Assembly: GCA_001642005.1 (NCBI GenBank)
Contig: LWCA01000080.1
Coordinates: 1-58,418 of the forward strand
DNA length: 58,418 nucleotides
DNA from: Intoshia linei
Lineage: Eukaryota > Animalia > Orthonectida
Direction: 5' to 3'
A program made the translations under genes and the position numbers. Under the pieces are notes generated by a model that had not been told where the DNA came from, made no database searches, and saw only the letters and a list, made by a program, of their open reading frames with translations. The first letter of the stretch is position 1; every line of letters begins with the position of its first letter. Shown piece by piece: positions 14,801 to 25,978 of this stretch.

Positions 14801-15320
14801 TCAAACTCGAAAAAAATTAATTGTATTGTTTATTTTATTTTTTTAATTAATCCTAGACCCCATAAAAAAACGCTGGTCTAGTAAAGATTCAAATGATTTT
14901 ACCAATGAAAATTCTATAAAAACTGTGGTACTTTTTTTTTAAATGAAATTTATATAAACTTAGTCTAATGTGGGCACAAGTGAAATAAAAAATGAAACAT
15001 CACCTGCCAATGGCAAACGAAAAGTAAGCGAATTTTTTGATTTTAATTATTTTCCATCTAGTTATCTCTATCTGAATACAGAAATAGAGATAGACCGAAA
15101 GAAATTGCTACTCAGGAAGCTAGAAAAATTAGAGGTATTGTTTTTATTAATTGATTTCATACTTGTTTAGATATTGACATGCGACAATTTAATCTAGTAG
15201 GTTTGTCGTGGTTTTTATTTTGTTTATACGTTTTTAGATATAGATATGCGTAAAAATTACCAAAAAGAAGATAAAAATGAAAATTTTATCGATTACTTGA
15301 AAAAAGGACTTTTTCATTGA
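11896..15320 (+). CDS. KMT2E: KMT2E(MLL5)/SETD5/UpSET-like PHD + SET domain protein, multi-exon
   Basis: Spliced IPYQ|DHSYG (HCF-binding DHxY motif), PHD [48 protein letters not shown], then TREERKIAQLMELFAKIEKR, KKRWLKQAL and KRKLSLSEYR. Stop TGA at 15318-15320. The start codon is inferred. Confidence 0.88.
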
Positions 15321-16377
15321 TGAATTTGTATATATGAATTGAGTTAACTTAAATTATTTTTATAAAGTATTTCTTAATTTTTGATTGATATGTATAGCTT
15401 GTGTATATTTGTATAGTCTTACATTTTAATAAAATATTTAAAATATTTTTTTTTAAATCTTTGAAATTCTTTTGACGGTAGTATTTTAAATGCATTTATG
15501 GATTTTGACGCAATCGGTGACCAAATCAAACTGTTAAAAGGGTAATCTACAAAAACGGCACACATTAAATAGGTATAAATTAATAATTTGTGCCGTTTTT
15601 ACCATACATCGTTAAAAGAATAAAATGTATTTTTAACACGTGTAAATCCACCTTTGATACGCGAAATCTTTTTAAGTAAACAGCCATCCTTTATCAAAAT
15701 AATTTATTTTTGCAATCTAAATAGTATTTACACCGTTTCACTGATTTTCTTTAACGTTTATCCCGCCCTCGTGGATTTTGTCAATGCAGTTATCGAGCTC
15801 AAAATTTTCAGATTTCTGGACAAAATGGAAATTAAAATATATTTATACATGTAGATTCAAGTCAAAGCACGTGATTCACGTGTTTTTTTATACAATTCAC
15901 GACTGATTAGATTTGTTGAACATTTTATATGTCAATTTATCATAGCTTATTAATCGGTTTAAAATTTGGGATACGTTTTTTGATTTTCTTTTAGATTGCT
16001 TTCTTTCAAATTAGATATAATGTTGTTTTATGAACATCATTATAATTCCACTTCGCTACGAAACTTTTCTATCACAAACATTTATCATCTGGACTCTTTC
16101 TTTTATGGTCAGATTACCTTTTATTGTCAGGTTTTATCTGGATATTCTTCATCGCCGTTGTTTATAAGAATAAAAATGACTTTGAAATACGACTGGAAAT
16201 AATGTAAATATAAATTGATGTATATTGAAATTATTAGCAAAACTTGGCAGAAAACCTTCATTGTTTTTTATTTTATTGATACAGTCACCTTTATAATAAT
16301 TTTTATTATGTTAGAATTTCATTATTACAAATTTGAGGGGAAATAGTTCGTGACCATCAACTATCTACACTGTGGAT

Positions 16378-16779
16378 CAGGGGTCGGCATCCAGTGTCCC
16401 ACATAATAATTTTCGGTCTTTTGGGTTAATATGTAAATTATTTATTTTTTTACTTTAAATTTCGTGTTACAATAAAAAATATTATTTTTTATTACCAATT
16501 ACATGTATTTTAAAATGTAATTTACATAAATATATTTTACATAAATTACATTATTTATACACAAAATAAAATGTAATTGATACAAACAATAAATGTTACA
16601 ATCATTTTAATACTGAATTTTCAGATGTACCGTATTTTATTTTGTTGAATATAGTAGAAACTTTCTATTCAGTTAAAATTGAAATCTATTATGTATAAAT
16701 TTTCAAAAACGGGGCCTATATAACAAATTTTTTGATATACAAAAGTGGCTCACGAGATTCAAAAGGTTGCCGAGCCCTG
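16378..16779. mobile_element. hAT (Charlie-like) MITE
   Basis: TIR caggggtcggca / tgccgagccctg. TSD ctgtggat/ctgtaaat (6/8). Confidence 0.8.
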
Positions 16780-17303
16780 CTGTAAATTCTACATTTGTGT
16801 AGTTATGAAAAAGATTTTTTTTCATACATGTAATTTATTAAAAATATTTATGATTCCGAATATTCTCGTCAATGAGACGCATTTTATGACACTAATAGTG
16901 TCACATTAGGTATCGTTTTTTATTTTTTTAGGAACCTATTTTCATTTTCGGTGGCCTCGAGCTGAGTAGGTTCGATTCTGATAATTCTTAATTGATATAG
17001 ACAAATTATTATTTTTGGAATTTTGAAATTTTAGAGGTTGACAAGAAAATAGACTCGTAAACAAGAATAAATCAGCATGATGGTAAATTTATTACAATCG
17101 ATGCATAAGTTGTATAAACTTTAAGTGAAAATTAACAATTAGTTGTTAGACAACTAGTTTGGGAATGATTTGTATTTAATTGCCATTGCTACACTTTAAT
17201 TAATATAGGTTACAAATTGTTATGAAATGATTCCAAAATCATGGTAAAAATAATTAAATTTAGTATTATATTTACCTAGAATTTCGAAAGAGAATATTCA
17301 TTT

Positions 17304-19856
17304 ATGAACGATGTTGATCAAATTACTACCAAGGAATTGTATCCAATGAAAAAGACTTGTGTGGATGATGAATCTATCGACTCGTTACCGTATAAATTAC
17401 TGTGCGGGGAGTATGTAGAATATATTGGTAAAGCGACAAATGATACGATTGCGATAACAAATTATAGATTCACGATATGTGGTAAAAGGTCCTGCCGTAG
17501 TATTCCGTTGGGCTTGATAGAAAGTGTTATATCGGAAAACCTAATGATACGAATAAATTTGATAACTATTCCAGTTATAACTATAGATTTTAAACAATTT
17601 GAATCCCAACAATTATGGCTTAGTAGGTTTAATAAGATTGCAGAAGGATGCGAAAAGATTCAAGACGCATTTGCTTTTTATTTGCATGCTTGGTGTTCTG
17701 ATCAGTGTTTTACATTTAAAAGCAACCATTATAGAGATGTAAGATACCCTAAATCGTCTTCTTCAACCATTACTGATAATGACTTTTCCAATAAAAATAC
17801 TAATGACATAAACTTTGAAAGGGAATGTAAACGCATGAAATTTATACCTAGTAGATCTTGGAGAGTGAGTGATTTCAATATGAACCAAAAAATGGTCCCC
17901 ACGTACCCTGACAAAGTTATAGTTCCAACATCTGTCACTGATGCTATAATCAAACAAGCTTCAGTATTTCGTACCAAGGCAAGATTTCCTTCTGTTGTTT
18001 GGAGGGACGTTGAAACTGGCAACGTTGTTGTCAGGTCTAGTCAACCACAAACGGGAATAGTCGGGTGGCGAAATAACAACGATGAAAATTTTTTGAATGC
18101 CATATCTATTGCTTGTCACGCAGATCGATTATTGAGCAATATTAAACCTCCAGCTTTTTGTAGAAAAGGACCGGACGGGAAGACTGAACCTGCTTATACA
18201 ATGATATTTATGGACCTCAGAACATATACCGCGGCAGTTGCCAATCGAGCCAAAGGTGGAGGAACTGAAATTGCTGAATATTACAAATTTGCAAAAATCA
18301 TGTATCGTAATATCCCCAATATTCACAGTGTAAAAAATCAATTTTCTGCTCTCAGAAGTGCATTATACAGCACATTAATGAACGACCAGAACTATTTAAT
18401 CAATGTGGGTACATCATGGTGGCTACAAACCGTTTCTAATATTTTAGAAACAGCCATGTGTGGGGCTAAGGCTATTAGAATCGATAAAGTACCAATCTTT
18501 GTTCATTGTTCTGATGGTTGGGACAGAACAGCACAAATTGCATCGCTTATAGAATTGATGCTGGATCCTTATCATAGAACAATTGAAGGTTTCAATATAC
18601 TAGTAGACAGAGAATGGTGTCAATACGGGCATAAATTCGCTGACCGCGTGGGAAGTGGAGCTAGAAAGGGCACAATTTTAGAATTATCTCCGATATTTAT
18701 ACAATGGCTTGATTGTGTCTATCAACTTTTGAAACAGTTTCCGAGAGAATTTGAATTCAATCAGTATTTTTTGATTAAATATGCCGTTCATGCTCATTCC
18801 AACTTGTTTGGTAATTTTTTGTGCAATTCAATTAGCGAGAGACGAAAAAATAATTGCATTACCCAAACTTTGTCGTTATTTGATTATTTGACGAACAATG
18901 AAAGTGAATTGTTGAATCCTCTGTACAAACCAAATCGAACACAAACAGCACTTTGGGTTAAACACGACGTCAAGTACATGCACTTGTGGACTGGTTTATA
19001 CCGTGACGATAATAGTTACTCCACTGTTATTAGCCATATTAAGAGGAAAGATTTATGTTTTTACAATACATCAGACCACGAACAACTCAATACAAGCTAT
19101 GACATCAATTTAAAAAATTGTCAAGAAAAAGTGACCAGTCTGGTGATAACTTTAAATGACGATAATACCACTGATGATCCATCTATTACCAATACAGAAA
19201 ACACCAGTTATAATTTCAATTTGCCAAAAGAAATTTATAACAATGTATATGACCAGCACAATAAACATATTTCAAACCTGTTACGACCTTCCAAATCTAT
19301 TGAGGACATTTATAACATGGTAGATGATTTTGAGGAAGAATTTATGTCTGAATATAATGTGAGTGTCACATCATCTCTTAATTTAGAAAGTTATATGCAA
19401 ACTTTAAGCTTTGAGTCTGATGAGTCTGTTAAATTAATTACACCACCCGTGATTATTCCCGATAATGAATCCAATTTTAACAAAATGACCCCATATAAAT
19501 TTAAAAAAGCGTGTAGTTTAAACTTACCTATTGAAACGGATATCAATGTATCGAAAAATTCATCAAACCGTTCTTCTCCATCTAGTTTACAAATTATACC
19601 GCAATTGAATGAAGAAATACCAAATTGTCAAATTCAATGTACAAATGCCAATCTTGTTGCAAACTTGAGGTATATACCAGATAAATGGTCTCCATTTTTT
19701 GACAGGGATGGTTTAATTTTAAATCAAAATATTATGCGAGATTTTGTTACTGAATCTAATCAAAAATATGAAAATCAAATTTCTATAATTCAGAAAGAAT
19801 TGAATCATGTACGTCATCTCGTTAAACATTTATTTTACAAGAATAACAACAAATAA
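17304..19856 (+). CDS. MTMR3: Myotubularin-related phosphatase, MTMR3/4-like; single large coding exon (true ATG may be at 17241 via a short intron)
   Basis: PH-GRAM-like N-terminus, RFPSVVWR, RSSQPQTGIVGWRN, AAVANRAKGGGTE, catalytic VHCSDGWDRTAQ, EWCQYGHKFADR, and a C-terminal DGL plus coiled coil. Confidence 0.88.
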   Translation: MNDVDQITTKELYPMKKTCVDDESIDSLPYKLLCGEYVEYIGKATNDTIAITNYRFTICGKRSCRSIPLGLIESVISENLMIRINLITIPVITIDFKQFESQQLWLSRFNKIAEGCEKIQDAFAFYLHAWCSDQCFTFKSNHYRDVRYPKSSSSTITDNDFSNKNTNDINFERECKRMKFIPSRSWRVSDFNMNQKMVPTYPDKVIVPTSVTDAIIKQASVFRTKARFPSVVWRDVETGNVVVRSSQPQTGIVGWRNNNDENFLNAISIACHADRLLSNIKPPAFCRKGPDGKTEPAYTMIFMDLRTYTAAVANRAKGGGTEIAEYYKFAKIMYRNIPNIHSVKNQFSALRSALYSTLMNDQNYLINVGTSWWLQTVSNILETAMCGAKAIRIDKVPIFVHCSDGWDRTAQIASLIELMLDPYHRTIEGFNILVDREWCQYGHKFADRVGSGARKGTILELSPIFIQWLDCVYQLLKQFPREFEFNQYFLIKYAVHAHSNLFGNFLCNSISERRKNNCITQTLSLFDYLTNNESELLNPLYKPNRTQTALWVKHDVKYMHLWTGLYRDDNSYSTVISHIKRKDLCFYNTSDHEQLNTSYDINLKNCQEKVTSLVITLNDDNTTDDPSITNTENTSYNFNLPKEIYNNVYDQHNKHISNLLRPSKSIEDIYNMVDDFEEEFMSEYNVSVTSSLNLESYMQTLSFESDESVKLITPPVIIPDNESNFNKMTPYKFKKACSLNLPIETDINVSKNSSNRSSPSSLQIIPQLNEEIPNCQIQCTNANLVANLRYIPDKWSPFFDRDGLILNQNIMRDFVTESNQKYENQISIIQKELNHVRHLVKHLFYKNNNK

Positions 19857-20108
19857 CACCTTAAATCTGTAAATTATATTATTTTTGGTTTTAATGTAAA
19901 TAATTAACAAATATAATTCATTTTTTCAAGTTTTTCGAAATTCGAATTCTAAACTAGTTACAAATGTTCATTAGTAATGTATTTATTTCAATCGTGCTGT
20001 ATTTAATGTTATTTTAAACTTTTTAATATTTACTTTAATTGTGACGTGACATTATTTGGCATACATTAATTTAAAAACAATTTTGTAAAAATCCCCATTT
20101 ATACAGAT

Positions 20109-20907
20109 TAGGGAATGATATCCGATTAATCGAAAACCCGGTTAATCGTTTACAATAATCGGAGAAAAATAATCGGAAATAATTTCGAATAATCGGATTT
20201 TTAAAAATTGTCATAAGTATATCATTGAAGTCATATATCACATTACTTTTTACTTTAAAATGAATTATTCTATCTTAATTTTTTTGTTTGTTAGCAGTAA
20301 TAGTAATAGTATAGTTTTAATAAAATATTTCGAAAAAAAATATATAAATATTAAAATTTTTTTTTTGACCGTGAAGTCGTGATTTATTCGGATTGAAGTT
20401 TTTTGTGTGTGTTAACAGGATACAACTGTACCACCTGTAAATTTTTTTGAAATTCTAGGGCTGTTTTCATTAAAAAAAGAAGGGTAATTTGTGGTTTGGC
20501 TCCTGAAGATATTTTTTTAAATTGAAATATATGATAATGTTTATGATTTTAAAATCCATATCAGTGTATGTATTTTTTTAAATTCTCCAACTCGTTTGAT
20601 TTCCAAAAAAGGACTATTGGGGTTTTTGACCCGTAAGATGTGAATTGTGGAGGTTGAAATTTATCTTATTATACGTCCCGGAAACTAACTGTAATTGAAA
20701 TGTGGACTATATAAAATTCTAAGGCTGGTAGTTATTTGAATAAAGTGGAACACACAAACAAAAATCGCGTAGCATATTATATAAGTAAGGATTATTGGTT
20801 TTTGTGTTAAAAATTTTAAATTCCGATTAATCGGATAATCGTTGTTCAAATAACTTGAATTATTCGATAACCGGTTTTTCAAATTTTCGAATAATCAAGA
20901 CTCCATA
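20109..20907. mobile_element. hAT MITE with a nested Helitron fragment (about 20390-20791)
   Basis: Perfect TSD atacagat (20101-20108, 20908-20915). Subterminal cgattaatcg/aataatcg repeats at both ends. Confidence 0.85.
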
Positions 20908-21526
20908 ATACAGATGTACTTGCAGATTGCAAGTTGCAGTAGGTTAAATTTTTTATAAAATAAAATAATAGATAATTATTTTAGTAACTATTTTATGTGA
21001 GTCTTATCTAAAAGAGTATGAAGTGAGCAACAAATCTCTTTAATAAGATTGCCTGATTACCCAGAAAATATTTTTCAAGTTATGATGACCCTCCTATGTA
21101 AATCGATGTCTAATGAATCTTATTATCCAAACTTTTCATTATTTATGAAGACTTCATGCATTATAAATTTGGAACGACAGACACTTGTTTACGCCAATAA
21201 CGATATTAAGTTTAATACTAATGAAAAAATTATTTAACTTGTTAATCTGCTATCCAAATTCTAAAATCTCACTTGGCATTTTCAAAATTGGCTCAAACTT
21301 ATCGCCTTTATCGTGTATAAATAAAGATATGTACTGTCAGCTAGAAGCTACCCGGAAATGGAAAATTTGACACAAAATAGTTGATATTCAAGAATAATTT
21401 TTTTGATGCACAATTTTACAAAAATTTTGTCGAGGATCTCGGTATGATAGGTTTAGATATTGACACTGCTGTTGCGCACTTTTTTAGAAAAATTATAAAT
21501 ATTTTAATTACAAAAACAGAAATAAA

Positions 21527-24500
21527 TTAATTATCTGACAGCGGGTGGGTATCTTGTGTAAGCATTTCCAAATCAATGCTGTTTGAGTCGTTGCCAACTT
21601 GACCATTTCGATCATATTTTGTCAAATCTAAGCTTAAAACTTTACTCCTTATACAGTCATGATCAATCTAAAAATGTGATTAATAAAATGATTATTTAAT
21701 TCAAATTAAATAAAAACCTTTGGATATATTCCAAATAATGCATCGGCTGTACAAAAGAATTCTTCTTTCAATGATATAACAATAGTTTGAAACTCTGATT
21801 TTGATTTACTTTGGATGTAAGAGGTAACCTAATCCAAAATTATTAATAAATAAAAAAGTAAATACCCTTCCAATGTTTGTATTATCCAGGGCAGCATCAA
21901 TCTCGTCTAAAACAAAGAAAGGAGCAGGCTTGTAACTAAACAAATGAAACAATTTGAGTCTTAAAGACTACCTTTGAATAGCAAATAAAAGAGCTAACGC
22001 AGCAATTGTCTTTTCACCTAATTAAAATGTTTTTTTATTTCATAAATATTAAACCTCCAGATAAATTGTCCATCAGTGCATATCTTTTACCGGGAGCAAT
22101 GCAATTGTAAGAAATCCCTGCATTATATGGTTCAATGACATCCTCTGCAGATAAGAAAGCTTGAGCACCTGAAGATTTCGACAACTCTTTATAAATGGAA
22201 TCAATATTATTTGAGACATGTTTAAAACAGTCGTTAAAACGTACAAGTCTTTTGTTTTTAATTTCTTCAAATTCTCTAAAAAGAAATAAAAATAACATCT
22301 TAAAACAGTGGTTCCCAATTCATATTTATTTTTTTTGGGGCTCAAAGAAAACATGAAATATATAACAATTATGAAAAAATTAACGGTTTTTTCTCATACT
22401 ATTTAGAAAAATCGTGTTTTTTAAAAAAATATTGGAAAATGGTTTTTACCTTAATTTAGATTATTAAAATTGGGTTTTTTATCACATCTAGCAACTCTGT
22501 AATAAATATTAAAAATTAAACAAAAGTTGATAAATTTTTTTTATATATTATTCGAATCTCACAGAACAAGGCATATATTTTTGGACCACGAATCGGGAAC
22601 CACTACCTCAAAATTAAAATATACTTTTTATTGCCAATAAATACATCATTTACATGAGTATAATTAGTTTCACATTCTGTTAATTTTTCTTTCAGTTCCA
22701 TCAACTTAGAATCAACTTTTAAATTTGGAGCGTCAATTTTTTCGATAATATTTTCAAATTTATCAATGTCAGATAAAATTTCATTTTCAATTTTTTTTAG
22801 TTCAGAAGAATTTTCAAAGTTGATACGATTTAACCTGGAGAACCGACGTTTAAGTGATGTAAAGTCAATTTTTTGAACACGTAAAGTGTTTCCTATGGTA
22901 TTGTTGGTTGTAGCTTGGCTGTCTATGCTAGGGGAATTAGAAGCGTTTGAATTTTGTATGGAACCGTTAATAGATTCCACATAAGGAATTATAACTCCTT
23001 TAATTCTAGCACTTTTAACCAATTCATCTCGATCATTTTTGTGTATATTTAACTGACCAGAAACATAATTTACATCTTTATGAATTTTGCGTCGTTTTGC
23101 TGAAATCTCCTTTTTTTCTGAAATAAACTCAATGTACGCTTGCTGCGTCTCATCAATTTCTTTTAAAATATTTGATAAGGTTTCATCAACGTTTTTTTTT
23201 TCTTTATGAATAGTTTCCATTTTATTTTGAAAGTCAACAAGAGAATTTTCCAACTTTTCAGATAATACTTTATCTTTTTCAACATTATTTTTCCATTGTT
23301 GGGAAATGGCATCAGTATTCCTTGATTTTTCGTAGTCTAGTCTATTTTTCAAAAGGTATAATTGGTCGTTAAATTGCGACAATTTACCTTCATATTCCTG
23401 TCTAATTCTAACAGAATTATCTTCGTAGATTCTAATATTATCTACTCCAATTTCTTTACAAAAATCATTAAATATTTTATCCTCCAAATTATCAATTTTT
23501 GTTTGAAACTTGTCCACAGTTTCGCTAATTGTAATCAACTTTTTGTTTAAATTTTCAATTGTAACTAAATTATCATTTTTTTTCATATTTTGCATTTCAT
23601 TCACTAAGTGCTCTATTTGAACAGTTTTTGATTTGATTTCAGATTTGGTATATCCAATTTTATCCTTGGTTCTTTGAATATCAGATACCATATTTCCCAA
23701 ATCATTTTCGAGACGTTTAATTTTCATGCAATCTCTCAAATCTTCCAAAAGACTATACCTTTTTGCTTTTAAACGATTAATTTCTTTATCATCCCATCTA
23801 TGTGCCTGTTTTTTTAAATCCCGAGACCCCCCTGAAATCACACCCGAAACGTGAAATAAAGTTCCCTCTAAAGACACACATTTGTGTCTTTCTTTCATTG
23901 TGTAAGCTACTTTTCTAGCATCGTCAACAGAATTGCAAATTAAAGAATTTCCCAATGAAAAAACAATGGCTGGTTTAATGACTGGGGGGTTGCAAGTAAT
24001 TACATCTACCGCCAATTTGACACCACGTACAATTTCCACATTTCGCAAATGCTGCTTGATTTTAATATTTTTTAAATTATTCAAAGGTAAAAATGTCTCA
24101 CTGGACATTTTGTTTTCTTTTAAATATTGAATACATTTTTGGGCCGATTGGTATGTATCACACACTATTGCATCCATGTTTCCACCCATCAATTTGGTTA
24201 TAGCTATTTGATATCTTAAAAATATTGTATAAAAATTAAAATTAAAAATACTTTCTATGATTTGGTTCACACAAATCTATTACTCTGCCAAACACTCTAC
24301 TACTAAATTCACGAGTCAACGCTTCCATTACTTTAGCTTTGTTTGTACTCCTTCGGTCTTCATGTAAATCAACCTTTACATTAGTTAACTTTGAATTAAT
24401 ACTATCCAATTCAGATTCAATTTTTTCAGTTTGCACTAAAGATGCATCTATTTTTGCTACAACAGTTTCCTTTTCTCTAATATTTTCGTTCAGGTAAATT

Positions 24501-25884
24501 TGAGTTTTTCTAAACAAATCTTATTTATAAATAAAAATAAGCATTACTCTATAAAATGTTCAAGTTCTTTTATAGAATTTTGCAATTTGTCGATTCGAAT
24601 TTTCATAATTTCCTTGTGTTGGTCAAAATCACTAATTTTACGTTGTTCATTTTTTATAGAATCATCAATGGCACACTTTTCGCGAGTCACATTGGCAATT
24701 TCATGTTTTAATAAAGAAGATTCAGTTAAAAACTTGCTTTTCAAATGTTCATATTTTTTTACCTGTGCATTAACCAGTTTTAAATTCCCAGATTTTTCAA
24801 CAACTTTTAATTTACTACTCATTTCATTAGTCAGGACATCAATTTGAGATTGAAATAATGAAATTTCTTCCATCAGACGTACTTGTTCCTTTTCGTGATT
24901 CAAATCATTGTCAATAGCCGCTTGATGGGATTGTTTACTCATTTTTAATCTTTTTAAAGCATGTTTGAGCTGTTCATCGGTTTTTACAGTTTCTGGGTGT
25001 AACAGAGCAATTTTTTCGTCAAACTTGGCAACTTTTTTTTGATATCTGTTTTTTCTCCTCAACAATTCAGATCTCTTGACAGAAATATTGGATTCTCGTT
25101 CATTAAATTTTAAAGAATCGTCTTCGACCAAATTCGCAGTAACAACACACTTTTCATGTTTATCTTTTAAAGAATCGATAACTTTTGTAACCTGATAAAT
25201 TTTAAATAAATGAAACATCAAATGAGCATTTTCCAGATTATTTTTTAATTTGAGAAAATTTTCAGTTTCTACTTTTTCAAGTTTGACCATTCTTATCACG
25301 CTAACCAAATTTGTTTTTTTATTAACAATATAATCAAGTTCTCTAGAAGATTTCTCAAAAATATCTTTTTTCAATTCATAATCTTCTTTAAACTCAATGG
25401 ACCTACTCATTTCTTCAACCATAATCCGTCGTTCTTTGGCGTTTTTAAGAGCTATTGACTCTACTTGGCCCTGAAAAACTAAAAAATTTTTCATTTTCAT
25501 TACAATTCCAACATCTTGCAATCTTTGAGAATATTCATCGACTGAAACACTTGTATTGTTGTAATAATACTCCGAACTTGAACCTCGAATAATTCGCTTA
25601 AATTCATGTTCGGTCCCGTCGTAGAATATAATTGCTTTGACATGAGCGGAATTCGAAACAGGTTTTGAAATGTGAGCTCCGTGAATCAAATAACACAGTT
25701 TTTTACTCCTTAATTTCCCAATTTTTTCACCCAGTACAAAACCGAACGCATCCATCAAGTTTGATTTCCCTGAACCATTGGGTCCAACAATCGCATTAAA
25801 ATTTTTAAACGGTCCAATCACTTGTCGACCTTCAAAAGACTTGAAATTTTCAATTTCTATATATCTTAACCCTCTTTGAAGCAT
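21527..25884 (-). CDS. SMC1: Structural maintenance of chromosomes protein 1 (cohesin SMC1), 8 exons
   Basis: IEIENFKSF, Walker [30 protein letters not shown], hinge [21 protein letters not shown]|GEKT signature, and Walker [13 protein letters not shown]. Introns are phase-consistent. Confidence 0.95.
22306..22605. mobile_element. hAT MITE inside an SMC1 intron
   Basis: TIR cagtggttccc / gggaaccacta. Decayed TSD tcttaaaa/cctcaaaa. Confidence 0.75.
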
Positions 25885-25978
25885 TTTAATAAATAAATTT
25901 GTTATCGAAAATATGGCGGTAAAATAAAACAATATCGATTAAACATGGAAACATAAATTTAATTTTATTGCACAACAT
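25885..25978 (-). promoter_or_regulatory. 94-bp TESK-SMC1 spacer with a poly(A) signal and putative YY1 and DRE-like promoter motifs
   Basis: Minus-strand AATAAA at 25964-25969 and CCGCCATATT at 25910-25919. Plus-strand TATCGATT at 25933-25940. Confidence 0.45.

Noticed and set aside
21010-21490. Short overlapping ORFs between the MTMR gene and SMC1
   Set aside because: Frameshifted, with no recognisable motif and no FYVE. I cannot support it as a gene.
22306-22605. MITE apparently creating an SMC1 intron (AG|gtagtgg donor at the element edge)
   Set aside because: Spacing against SMC1 as I recall it (NKK-EFEEIK) puts the true donor about 19 nt earlier (gtatatt), so the MITE merely inserted into an existing short intron.
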